This document shows positions 36,217 to 45,443 of a stretch of 64,000 nt of DNA, piece after piece; within the stretch, counting starts at the first letter, position 1, and each line of letters opens with the position of its first letter. Source of the stretch: Flavobacteriales bacterium (GTDB taxonomy: Bacteria; Bacteroidota; Bacteroidia; Flavobacteriales; Flavobacteriaceae); contig JAMOVT010000070.1 in the NCBI GenBank assembly GCA_027061855.1, positions 35,322 through 99,321 on the forward strand. Reading direction: 5' to 3'. Below the pieces are notes generated by a model that saw only the letters and a list, made by a program, of their open reading frames with translations, was not told where the DNA came from and did no database searches. The position numbers and the translations under genes are program-made.

Positions 36217-38136
36217 ATGATTGATTTTTTAATGATTAAATATCTTATCGGTTTTTTTATAGTAGCTATTGCAGCCTATGAAATTGCCAAATTCCTCCAA
36301 AAAAAAATCAATTTTCCATTAATTACCGGTTTAATTCTTACCGGGATTTTGGCAGGTAGTTCCTTACTTAATTTTATCCCTGAGAGTGCATTACCCAAAT
36401 TAAACTTTCTAAATGAAATTTCTTTAGCCATTATAGCCTTTTCAGCCGGAGCCGAACTTCATTTGGAAGACTTGCGCAGTAGAATGAAGAGTATCAAATG
36501 GATGACTATCGGGCAACTGGTAATTACTTTTGTTTTGAGTACGGTTTCTGTGTACTATCTATCGGACTATATTCCTTTTATGAAAGATTTTTCTCCAATA
36601 ATAAAATGGAGTATTGCTATGCTTTTTGCTACTATTTTTGTAGCCCGTTCTCCCTCATCAGCCATTGCTGTAATTAATGAGATGCGAGCCAGAGGCCCTT
36701 TTGTTAAAACTTCGATGGGAGTAACCGTAATTAAAGATGTATTGGTAATTATTCTTTTTGCCATTGTTTTTTCTATTGTAAAAGCTGTTGTTAACGGAGA
36801 AGCTTTAAACCTTAATTTTCTTATTATTCTTTTTTTTCAATTAGCACTTTCTTTTGCATTGGGATATGTATTTGGAAAAATTCTCGAGCTAATTCTCAAA
36901 ACCAACCTATCATTTGGATTTAAAGCCGCTCTTATCATTCTGACCGGTTATAGTATTTATTTACTAAACCATTTAATCAAACATCAAGCCGAAGGCATGG
37001 GAATCCATTTTGAAGTCGAGCCCCTTTTAATAGCGATTATGGCGAGTTTTTATGTAACTAACTACACAAAATACAATCATGAATTTGAACAAATTCTCTT
37101 TAAAATAAGCCCGTATATTTATATTATTTTCTTTACATTGGTAGGAGACAGTTTGTCCCTTCCCACGCTGTTCAAGGTAATAGAAATTGCATTGATTTTA
37201 TTCTTGGTACGCCTTGTAGGTTTGATTTTAGGAGGTTATTTTGGAGTTTGGGCGGCAAAAGACGATAAAAAATACGCTAAAATCGCTTGGATGCCTTATG
37301 TCACACAAGCAGGAGTGGCTTTGGGATTGGCTACATTGGTTTCAAATACTTTTCCTGAATGGGGACATGAATTTGAAACCATGATTATTGCGATTATCGT
37401 TTTAAACCAACTCATCGGCCCTCCTTTATTTAAATGGGCCATAAAATATGCCGGAGAAGCACATACCAAAAAAGATTTTGAACCCGCTACCAAAGAGCAT
37501 CATGCCGTTATTTTCAGCCTGGACAGCATTTCCCTTGCCTTGGCTCATTTATTAAAAGACAAAGGTTGGGGAGTGAAAATAATTACTACCCAAAAAGTAC
37601 CTGAAAACAGTGAAATCGAAATTCTACATATACCCGAATATAACAAAGAAAATATATCCAAAATAGATTTGGGAAGTCCGGACAGTGTTATTTTGCTCTA
37701 TCCCGATGACGAAAGAAATTTTGAAATCGCCGAATGGGTATATGAAAAGGTTGGTTCACCCAATATCATTACACGGATAAATTCGGGCACAAATGCCCAT
37801 AAATTCAAAGAAATAGGTGTAAAAATTATCGAACCCACCGCAGCCATGATCAATCTTATGGATCACATGGTTAGAGCCCCCGAAGCCACCAATATTTTAT
37901 TGGGAATGGATAACAATCAAGACACTATTGATGTGGAAGTGAGAAATCCGGATATGATGGGATTGCGTATTCGAGATCTGCATTTGCCGCAAGATGTGAT
38001 TATACTTTCTTTAAAACGAAGAGGAAATACAGTAATTACACATGGATATACCCAACTGAGATTGGGAGATATTTTAACTTTTGTAGGCTCTAAAGAAAGC
38101 TTGAACAAAGTACGCTTGAAATTTGAATATTTATAA
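36217..38136 (+). CDS. CPA-type cation:proton antiporter with C-terminal RCK (TrkA-N-like + TrkA-C) domains
   Basis: 639 aa. About 12 TM Na+/H+-exchanger domain, then a soluble domain ending in TrkA-C-like IDVEVRNPDMMGLRIRDLHLPQDVIILSLKRRGNTVITHG...LGDILTFVG. Confidence 0.8.
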   Translation: MIDFLMIKYLIGFFIVAIAAYEIAKFLQKKINFPLITGLILTGILAGSSLLNFIPESALPKLNFLNEISLAIIAFSAGAELHLEDLRSRMKSIKWMTIGQLVITFVLSTVSVYYLSDYIPFMKDFSPIIKWSIAMLFATIFVARSPSSAIAVINEMRARGPFVKTSMGVTVIKDVLVIILFAIVFSIVKAVVNGEALNLNFLIILFFQLALSFALGYVFGKILELILKTNLSFGFKAALIILTGYSIYLLNHLIKHQAEGMGIHFEVEPLLIAIMASFYVTNYTKYNHEFEQILFKISPYIYIIFFTLVGDSLSLPTLFKVIEIALILFLVRLVGLILGGYFGVWAAKDDKKYAKIAWMPYVTQAGVALGLATLVSNTFPEWGHEFETMIIAIIVLNQLIGPPLFKWAIKYAGEAHTKKDFEPATKEHHAVIFSLDSISLALAHLLKDKGWGVKIITTQKVPENSEIEILHIPEYNKENISKIDLGSPDSVILLYPDDERNFEIAEWVYEKVGSPNIITRINSGTNAHKFKEIGVKIIEPTAAMINLMDHMVRAPEATNILLGMDNNQDTIDVEVRNPDMMGLRIRDLHLPQDVIILSLKRRGNTVITHGYTQLRLGDILTFVGSKESLNKVRLKFEYL

Positions 38137-38137
38137 A

Positions 38138-38878
38138 ATGAAAAAATTAGGCTTAATCGGTTATCCCTTATCCCACTCTTTTTCAAAAAAATATTTTGAA
38201 ACCAAATTTCATAATGAAAAAATCCCGGGTTATTCTTATGAACTTTTTGAGTTGAAAAATCTCGATACATTTCCCCTTATCCTAAAAAAAAATCCCTGTT
38301 TAACCGGTTTAAATGTAACTATTCCTTACAAAGAAAAAATACTGGATTATGTAGATGAAAAAGATCCCATAGTAGAAGAAATAGGTGCAGCCAATACTTT
38401 GAAAATAATCAACGGAAAAATCAAAGCCTTTAATACGGATGTAATAGGTTTTGAAAAAAGTTTTGTTTCAAAATTAGCTCCTTATCATAAAAGCGCATTG
38501 ATTTTGGGAACCGGAGGTGCTTCCAAAGCGGTTTCATTTATTTTAAAAAAACTTTCCATTCCACATCTTTTTGTATCGAGAAATCCCCAAAATGAGAATA
38601 CAATCGGATATCATGAAATTGATGAGAACCTAATGAAAAATTACACGATTATTATTAATACCACCCCATTGGGAATCTATCCGGAAATGGAGAAAAAACC
38701 GGAAATACCCTATAAATGGGCAGGAAAACAACATTATTTTTACGATTTAATCTATAATCCTTCCCTAACACTCTTCCTAAAAGAAGCGGAATTAAGAGGC
38801 GCTACAATATCTAACGGACTGAATATGTTAAAGTTACAAGCAGAAGAAGCCTGGAAAATATGGACTGATAAAAATTAG
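38138..38878 (+). CDS. aroE: Shikimate dehydrogenase AroE
   Basis: ATG at 38138 (MKKLGLIGYPLSHSFSKKYF). The ORF-track start at 38123 is a TTG inside the upstream gene. Motifs NVTIPYK, NTD and GTGGASKAV. Confidence 0.88.
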   Translation: MKKLGLIGYPLSHSFSKKYFETKFHNEKIPGYSYELFELKNLDTFPLILKKNPCLTGLNVTIPYKEKILDYVDEKDPIVEEIGAANTLKIINGKIKAFNTDVIGFEKSFVSKLAPYHKSALILGTGGASKAVSFILKKLSIPHLFVSRNPQNENTIGYHEIDENLMKNYTIIINTTPLGIYPEMEKKPEIPYKWAGKQHYFYDLIYNPSLTLFLKEAELRGATISNGLNMLKLQAEEAWKIWTDKN

Positions 38879-38939
38879 TCGTATTTCAAAAAAAATTGTT
38901 AAATTTCGCACTTAAATAAACATTAGTAAAATCATTGTT

Positions 38940-40874
38940 ATGATAGAAGAAAGAAACGAAAACCTGCCACAAGCAGACGGAATGAATGAGCAAGAAAATG
39001 CTCCCGCGGAAAAGAAATCTGAAACTGCTGAAAATACCGAGCCGAAATTACTTTCGGAGGGGAAAGAAAATCTGACTGAAAAATCTGTCGATGAGGTAGT
39101 CGATGAGATTGAACAACAAATGGCTTCGGATTCTGAGCATCATGAAGAAGAAGAACAGGAAGAAAAAATTCCCAAATTAATTTATTCTGCATTAGAACCG
39201 GAAAAACTTTATGAGGAAGCCAAACAGCTCATTGAAAACAATCCGGTACAAAAAATAAAATCACATATAGACGAAATCAAGTCAGCTTTTGAAGATAAAA
39301 TTGAAGCCTTAAAAGAAAAACTCGAACAAGAAAACGAAGAAGTAGTAAGGTTGGACATTGAAAAGGATTTTTGGGCATTGATCAATGATTATAAAAAGAA
39401 ACTCAGAGCTTATAGGGCTGAAATTCAGGAAAAATTAGAAAACAATCTGGAAAGACGAAAAGCAATTATTGAAGATTTAAAAAAACTCATCGATTCTACC
39501 GAATATACTTTTCAGCAACGCCTTAAAAAATTCAAAGAAATACAAAAATCATGGCGTACTGCCGGTCCTATTCCCAGTAATGCATACCGCGATTTATGGA
39601 ACACTTATAAACATCATGAAGAACGTTTTTATGATCTTCTCGATTTAGACAGAGAATACAGGGATAAAATTTTTGAACAACATCTCGAAGAAAAAAAAGC
39701 CATTATTGAAGAGGCAAAAAAATTACTGGATGAAAAAGATATCCATTATATTTTTGTCGAACTTCAAAAATTACATAAGAAATGGAAAGAAGAAACCGGC
39801 CCTGTTTCACAAGAACATAGAGAAAGTATCTGGGAAGAATTTAAATCCGTTACCAAACAAATCCACGATAAAAGAAGGGAATTTTACAAAAAATTGAAAG
39901 AACAATTTAATGATAACCTAATTAAAAAACAGGAAATCATAAACAAATTAAAAGAAATTTCCGAAGAACTTCCTGACAATCATAAAGACTGGCAGCAAGT
40001 AATCAAAAAGGTAGAAAGCCTCCGCGAAGAGTTTTATCAATTGGGATTTGTACCTAAAAAAAACAGAGAAGAAATATGGTCTTCTTTCAAGGAAACTTTA
40101 AAAAATATCAATAAACAAAAAAATAATTTTTATAAGAGCTTAAAAGAACTTCAAAAAGAAAATTTGGAGAAAAAGCAAGCCTTGATTAAGATTGCGGAGG
40201 AATGGAAAGATAGCGAAGACTGGGAAAATGCGACTAAAAAATTCAAAGAAATCCAGGAAGAATGGAAAAAAATAGGCCATGTTCCGAGAAAAGTTTCAGA
40301 TAAAATATGGAATGAATTCCGGACTCATTGCAATTACTATTTTGATCGCTATCACGAACATATTAAAGAAGAAAAAAACCACGAATTTGAAATTTTCTTC
40401 AAGAAAAAAGAATACCTGCAAAATCTAAAAGAAAAATTCCGAGAACTCCCGGAAGATCATAATTTCACAATAGAGGATATCAAAAAAATCCAACAGGAAT
40501 GGCATGATATGGGATTTGTACCCCGCAATAAACAATATATCAATGCCAAATTTAACAAGTTTATAAATAGCTTATTTGACAAATTGCATATAGATAAACG
40601 GGAATTATCTTTTATTAAGTTTAAAAATCAAGTAGACGAGTATTTGAAAAATGAGAACTTCTATAAGTTAGACAGTGAAAAACGCTATGTAAGACAAAAA
40701 ATAGAAGGTATTGAAAAAGAAATTCAACAATTGGAAAACAACAGTATGTTTATCAAATCTTCCGATTCCAATAACTTGTTTAAAAAAGAAGTAGAAAAAA
40801 ATATCAGAAAGAATAAAGAGATTCTTGATTTTTGGAAAAAGAAAATGGACTATTTAAATAGGTTGGAATACTAA
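38940..40874 (+). CDS. DUF349 repeat protein (highly charged, helical)
   Basis: 644 aa, K/E-rich. At least five ~75-aa repeats with the pattern KKFKEIQxxWKxxGxVPxxxxxxIWxxF. Confidence 0.75.
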   Translation: MIEERNENLPQADGMNEQENAPAEKKSETAENTEPKLLSEGKENLTEKSVDEVVDEIEQQMASDSEHHEEEEQEEKIPKLIYSALEPEKLYEEAKQLIENNPVQKIKSHIDEIKSAFEDKIEALKEKLEQENEEVVRLDIEKDFWALINDYKKKLRAYRAEIQEKLENNLERRKAIIEDLKKLIDSTEYTFQQRLKKFKEIQKSWRTAGPIPSNAYRDLWNTYKHHEERFYDLLDLDREYRDKIFEQHLEEKKAIIEEAKKLLDEKDIHYIFVELQKLHKKWKEETGPVSQEHRESIWEEFKSVTKQIHDKRREFYKKLKEQFNDNLIKKQEIINKLKEISEELPDNHKDWQQVIKKVESLREEFYQLGFVPKKNREEIWSSFKETLKNINKQKNNFYKSLKELQKENLEKKQALIKIAEEWKDSEDWENATKKFKEIQEEWKKIGHVPRKVSDKIWNEFRTHCNYYFDRYHEHIKEEKNHEFEIFFKKKEYLQNLKEKFRELPEDHNFTIEDIKKIQQEWHDMGFVPRNKQYINAKFNKFINSLFDKLHIDKRELSFIKFKNQVDEYLKNENFYKLDSEKRYVRQKIEGIEKEIQQLENNSMFIKSSDSNNLFKKEVEKNIRKNKEILDFWKKKMDYLNRLEY

Positions 40875-40877
40875 ACC

Positions 40878-41432
40878 ATGCAGAGATTTTGGGTATATAT
40901 ATTTCTTTTGAATATCTTTTTTGTAAAAGGCCAAGATTTGGATATTTATAAAAAAGACGTCAATAGCAATTTTAAATTTCCTGCTATTCCCACTGAAATG
41001 ACTTACGGAGAGTTTAAAATTCTCAGTACCAACCTACGCATGCAGGATATAGGAATTGCCATGATTTTTCCCGGACATGTACATTTTAAAATAGGTGAAC
41101 AAAAAACCGGTTACTATATTGCCGGTGCCCGAGTGGCCGGATATGCAGGTCTAATCTATATGAGTGCAAAAGGACAATCCATTTACAAAACGATCTTTGA
41201 GAGCAGTGCATCGATTGAAGTTTCTACCGGAGACCAAATTATCAGTTACGGAAGTTTGTTATTGATTGGCGGTTCATTCCTGTATGATTGGATTCATGGA
41301 AAATATATATTGGAAGAAAAACAAAACCAAATACGTTACAAATATTCAAAGAAACGTATTAAAACAGGATTTTCTTTTATCCGGAGTAATCAAAAATTAT
41401 ATCCCGGAATAGATTTTAAATACACATTTTAA
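40878..41432 (+). CDS. Hypothetical secreted/membrane protein
   Basis: 184 aa. Signal peptide (FLLNIFFVKGQ), two or three hydrophobic segments, ends in ...FKYTF. Starts 3 nt after the DUF349 stop. Confidence 0.5.
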   Translation: MQRFWVYIFLLNIFFVKGQDLDIYKKDVNSNFKFPAIPTEMTYGEFKILSTNLRMQDIGIAMIFPGHVHFKIGEQKTGYYIAGARVAGYAGLIYMSAKGQSIYKTIFESSASIEVSTGDQIISYGSLLLIGGSFLYDWIHGKYILEEKQNQIRYKYSKKRIKTGFSFIRSNQKLYPGIDFKYTF

Positions 41433-41476
41433 GAGAGATAAACAAAAAAATAATTGTATAATAAGACTTAAAAATT

Positions 41477-41484
41477 TATCTTTG
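41477..41484 (+). promoter_or_regulatory. Candidate -7 box TATCTTTG for secDF
   Basis: Exact TAnnTTTG match 41 nt upstream of the ATG at 41525. Confidence 0.4.
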
Positions 41485-41524
41485 CCGAACGTAAAATTGA
41501 AAATGAACGAAAAATTAAAGAAGA

Positions 41525-44440
41525 ATGCGAAATAAAGGACTAGTATTAGTATTTGCCGGACTTTTAGCAATGCTAAGTATTTACCAATTGACTTTTACAT
41601 TTAAAAGTAATCAAATCCGTAAAGAAGCAAAAGCTTATGCTCAAGGAGATCATCAAAAAGAAAAAGAATATCTGGACTCGGTAGCCAATAAGCCCGTGTT
41701 TAGCCTTCTCGGAGCTGATTTTACTTACAATGACTTGAAAAACAGAGAGATGAATCTCGGATTGGACCTCAAAGGAGGGATCAATGTGATTCTTCAAGTA
41801 TCTGTAAAAGACATCTTGAAAAATTTGGCTAACCACACGGATAATCCGGTTTTTAACCAAGCCTTGGAAAAAGCTTCCGAAATGCAGAAAAACAGCGACA
41901 AACCTTATGTCGAATTGTTTTTTGAAGCCTTCGATCAAATTAACAAAGAAAACGGAAATAAAGCAAAACTTAGTGATCCCGATATTTTTGGAAATAGAAA
42001 TCTTTCGGATGAAGTAAGCTTCAACATGTCTGATGATGAAGTAAAAGATGTGATTCGTAAAAAAGTGGATGATGCAATGCTAAGTGCATTTGAAGTTTTG
42101 CGAAAAAGAATTGACAAATTCGGAGTAACTCAACCTAATATCCAACGATTGGGAAAATCCGGTAGAATTTTAGTGGAACTTGCAGGAGCCAAAGATATTG
42201 AGAGAGTAAAAAAATTATTGCAAAGTACCGCTCAATTAGAATTCTGGCAAACCTATAACGCCGATGAGGTTCTTCCCTATTTTCAACAATTAAATGCTTA
42301 TTACCAACAAAACTTGCCCAAAGAAAATGCTGAAAAAGATGCGGACAGTTTATTGGTAGATCAAAAACAAGAAAATCCTTTATTTCAATATTTACAACCC
42401 GGCAATTTTTCTCGTGTAGGAATAGCCAAAGTAAAAGATATGGACAAAATCAACAAAATGTTGAATAGTCCCGAAGCAAAAAAATTACTCCCCGATAATT
42501 TAAAAAATGTTAAATTCTTATGGGGAAAACCCGATAAAGAAAGTGGAACGGTTTATTTATATGCCATCAAAGGAAACAGAGAAAATATTCCTCCTCTGGG
42601 CGGTGATGTAATTGTGGATGCACAACAAACTTTTGACACCTACAGTCACCCTGCCGTAAGCATGCAAATGAACAGTAAAGGAGCCAAAATCTGGGAAAAA
42701 ATGACCGATGAAGCTTTCCGTAATAAAAATGGAATTGCCATTGTATTGGACAATATTGTCTATTCGGCTCCCGGTGTGACAACCGGCCCTATCTCGGGAG
42801 GAAGATCGGAAATTACAGGGAATTTCAGTATTGAAGAAGCAAAAGATTTGGCCAATGTATTGAGAGCAGGTAAATTACCCGCAAAAGCGGATATTGTTCA
42901 ATCTGAAATTGTTGGACCTTCATTAGGGAAACAAGCAATTGAAGGTGGAAAATTATCCTTTATCTTTGCTTTTATTCTTATTTTCTTATGGATGGTTGCC
43001 TACTATGGAAAAGCCGGTCTTGCCTCTGATATCGCCCTATTGCTAAACATTCTATTTATATTTGGAATCCTTGCCAGTTTAAATGCCGTTCTTACCTTAC
43101 CCGGTTTGGCAGGTATCGTATTGACCGTAGGTATGGCAGTAGATGCAAACGTACTTATTTTTGAGCGTATCCGTGAAGAATTGAAAAAAGGAAAAAATCT
43201 GTATGAAGCCATAGATGACGGATTTAAAAATGCTCTTTCTTCCATTTTGGATGCAAATATTACCACCTTATTAACAGGTATCATCCTTTTGGTTTTCGGA
43301 ACAGGACCCATCAAAGGTTTTGCGACTACCTTAATCATAGGTATTCTTACCTCATTATTTACCGCTATTTTTATTACTCGCTATATAATCGATTGGTATG
43401 TGGCCAAAGGAAATCGTTTGACTTTTGATACAAAACTTTCCAGAAATCTATTTTCCAATTTACATATTGACTTTTTGGGGAAAAGAAAAATGGCTTATAT
43501 TTTCTCCGGTGTATTAATAGTCGTAGGTTTAATCTCAATTTTCACTAACGGTTTAAACCCGGGAGTTGATTTTGTAGGAGGAAGAACATATATAGTAGCC
43601 TTCGATCAAAATGTAAATGCTGAAGAAATAAGAAATGATTTGACCAATGTATTTGTGGATGAAAACGGTCATAAAAATACTCCGGATGTTAAAAAATACG
43701 GCGGAAATAATCAATTGAAAATTACCACGAAGTATCTTATTAACGACGAAGGAGAAAAAGCCGATGAGAATGTACAAAAAGCTTTATTTAAAGGCTTGCA
43801 AAATTACTTCCCGAAAGGATATACCTATGAAGATTTCATCAGTAGTGATGAGAACAAGAAAATAGGTCGTATGCAGTCCATCAAAGTAGGGCCTACTATT
43901 GCCGATGACATTAAAAAAGGAGCATTTTATGCCGTAATCGGTTCCCTGTTAGTAGTATTCTTATATATCTTATTACGATTTAAAAAATGGCAATTTAGTG
44001 CAGGTGCGGTTATCGCCGTATTCCACGATGTTTTAATTGTATTGGGGATATTCTCTTTGACTTGGCGATTTATGCCATTCAATATGGAAATCGATCAAGC
44101 CTTTATCGCAGCCATTTTAACGGTAATCGGATATTCCTTGAACGATACTGTGGTGATATTTGACCGCATTCGTGAATTTATGAAGGAACACCATAAATGG
44201 CCATTATACAAAGTAATCAATTTGGCTTTAAACAGTACATTATCAAGAACTTTGAATACCTCATTGACCACTTTGATCACTTTAATAGCTATCTTTATCT
44301 TCGGAGGAGAAAGTATTAGAGGATTTGTATTCGCTTTGATTATCGGTATCTTTGTGGGAACATATTCCTCACTATTTATTGCAACTCCTATTATGTATGA
44401 TCTAAGTAAAAAAGAAGAAGCGAAGAAAAGAGATAAATAA
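41525..44440 (+). CDS. secDF: Protein translocase subunit SecDF (fused)
   Basis: 971 aa. SecD periplasmic domain (LGLDLKGGINVILQV), SecD TM bundle, then the SecF half (GVDFVGGRTY..., FDRIRE twice). Confidence 0.93.
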   Translation: MRNKGLVLVFAGLLAMLSIYQLTFTFKSNQIRKEAKAYAQGDHQKEKEYLDSVANKPVFSLLGADFTYNDLKNREMNLGLDLKGGINVILQVSVKDILKNLANHTDNPVFNQALEKASEMQKNSDKPYVELFFEAFDQINKENGNKAKLSDPDIFGNRNLSDEVSFNMSDDEVKDVIRKKVDDAMLSAFEVLRKRIDKFGVTQPNIQRLGKSGRILVELAGAKDIERVKKLLQSTAQLEFWQTYNADEVLPYFQQLNAYYQQNLPKENAEKDADSLLVDQKQENPLFQYLQPGNFSRVGIAKVKDMDKINKMLNSPEAKKLLPDNLKNVKFLWGKPDKESGTVYLYAIKGNRENIPPLGGDVIVDAQQTFDTYSHPAVSMQMNSKGAKIWEKMTDEAFRNKNGIAIVLDNIVYSAPGVTTGPISGGRSEITGNFSIEEAKDLANVLRAGKLPAKADIVQSEIVGPSLGKQAIEGGKLSFIFAFILIFLWMVAYYGKAGLASDIALLLNILFIFGILASLNAVLTLPGLAGIVLTVGMAVDANVLIFERIREELKKGKNLYEAIDDGFKNALSSILDANITTLLTGIILLVFGTGPIKGFATTLIIGILTSLFTAIFITRYIIDWYVAKGNRLTFDTKLSRNLFSNLHIDFLGKRKMAYIFSGVLIVVGLISIFTNGLNPGVDFVGGRTYIVAFDQNVNAEEIRNDLTNVFVDENGHKNTPDVKKYGGNNQLKITTKYLINDEGEKADENVQKALFKGLQNYFPKGYTYEDFISSDENKKIGRMQSIKVGPTIADDIKKGAFYAVIGSLLVVFLYILLRFKKWQFSAGAVIAVFHDVLIVLGIFSLTWRFMPFNMEIDQAFIAAILTVIGYSLNDTVVIFDRIREFMKEHHKWPLYKVINLALNSTLSRTLNTSLTTLITLIAIFIFGGESIRGFVFALIIGIFVGTYSSLFIATPIMYDLSKKEEAKKRDK

Positions 44441-44462
44441 AATCTGTGTATTTTTTTAACAT

Positions 44463-44492
44463 AAAAAAACGGCCTAACGGCCGTTTTTTTTT
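44463..44492 (+). terminator. Rho-independent terminator after secDF
   Basis: aaaaaaaCGGCCtaacGGCCGttttttttt. Confidence 0.8.
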
Positions 44493-44511
44493 GTAATTTT
44501 AAAAGAAAAAA

Positions 44512-45396
44512 ATGAATCCAAAAGAAATATCATTAGTACTCTCGGGCGGAGGTGCAAGAGGAATTGCCCATATTGGTGTAATCAATTACATGGAAAGAAA
44601 CGGATATAAAATTAAAAACATCGGAGGGACCTCAATGGGGTCAATTGTAGGAGGTATTTATGCAGAAGGAAAATTAAAAGAGTTTGAAGAATATTTATTA
44701 AAATTGGATGCGAAGAAGATGATCCAATTATTGGATTTCTCCGTTTCAAGCCCGGGATTGATCAAAGGGGAGAAAATATTGAAAGAAATGAAACAATTTC
44801 TTCCCATTAAGCAAATCGAAAAAACACCTGTTCCCTACTTTTGTGTAGCGACCGATTTAAATGAACAAAAAGAAGTGGTCTGGCGACAAGGAGATATACT
44901 TCAAGCCATACATTCATCTTTTGCTATTCCCTTTATTTTTACTCCGGTAATTATAGAGGATAAATTACTGGTAGACGGCGGAGTGATGAATAATATTCCC
45001 ATTAATCATATTGACAGAGAATTACTCACAATAGCTGTTTGCGCCAATGCAAGTATTCCTATGGACGAGGAATTAAAAAAAATCAGCCAAGCCCCTGAGA
45101 AAAAATATGAAAGTCAAAAAAATACGATCAATAAATATTTAAACAAAGTTCTGCGTCTTTTTTATGATGAGAATGAAGAAGAAAAGAAAAAACCCGGGTA
45201 TTATGAAATTTTGGATAATACCTTACATATCCTGATTGAAAATAATTCAAAAAACATCATTAAAAGATATCCGCCGGATATTTTGGTAAATTTACCCAGA
45301 GAAATTGCAGGAACCTTTGACTTTCTTAAAGCCGAAGAGCTGATTAAAGCGGGAGAATATATTGCGGAAAAAGCCATAAAAGAATATTATTCATAA
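44512..45396 (+). CDS. Patatin-like phospholipase
   Basis: 294 aa. Oxyanion GGGARG, nucleophile GTSMGS (GxSxG), catalytic Asp in LVDGGVMNN. Confidence 0.88.
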   Translation: MNPKEISLVLSGGGARGIAHIGVINYMERNGYKIKNIGGTSMGSIVGGIYAEGKLKEFEEYLLKLDAKKMIQLLDFSVSSPGLIKGEKILKEMKQFLPIKQIEKTPVPYFCVATDLNEQKEVVWRQGDILQAIHSSFAIPFIFTPVIIEDKLLVDGGVMNNIPINHIDRELLTIAVCANASIPMDEELKKISQAPEKKYESQKNTINKYLNKVLRLFYDENEEEKKKPGYYEILDNTLHILIENNSKNIIKRYPPDILVNLPREIAGTFDFLKAEELIKAGEYIAEKAIKEYYS

Positions 45397-45400
45397 AGAA

Positions 45401-45423
45401 AAAGGGCTGAAAAACAGCCCTTT
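45401..45423. terminator. Bidirectional terminator between convergent patatin-like and metallophosphoesterase genes
   Basis: AAAGGGCTGaaaaaCAGCCCTTT: a perfect 9-bp stem. Confidence 0.7.
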
Positions 45424-45443
45424 ATTAATTTCTAAAAAAAAGT

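Noticed and set aside
41503-41535. 10-codon upstream ORF (MNEKLKKNAK) overlapping the secDF start in another frame
   Set aside because: It is too short and generic, and there is no supporting conservation or structure I can see. It is probably chance in an A-rich leader.
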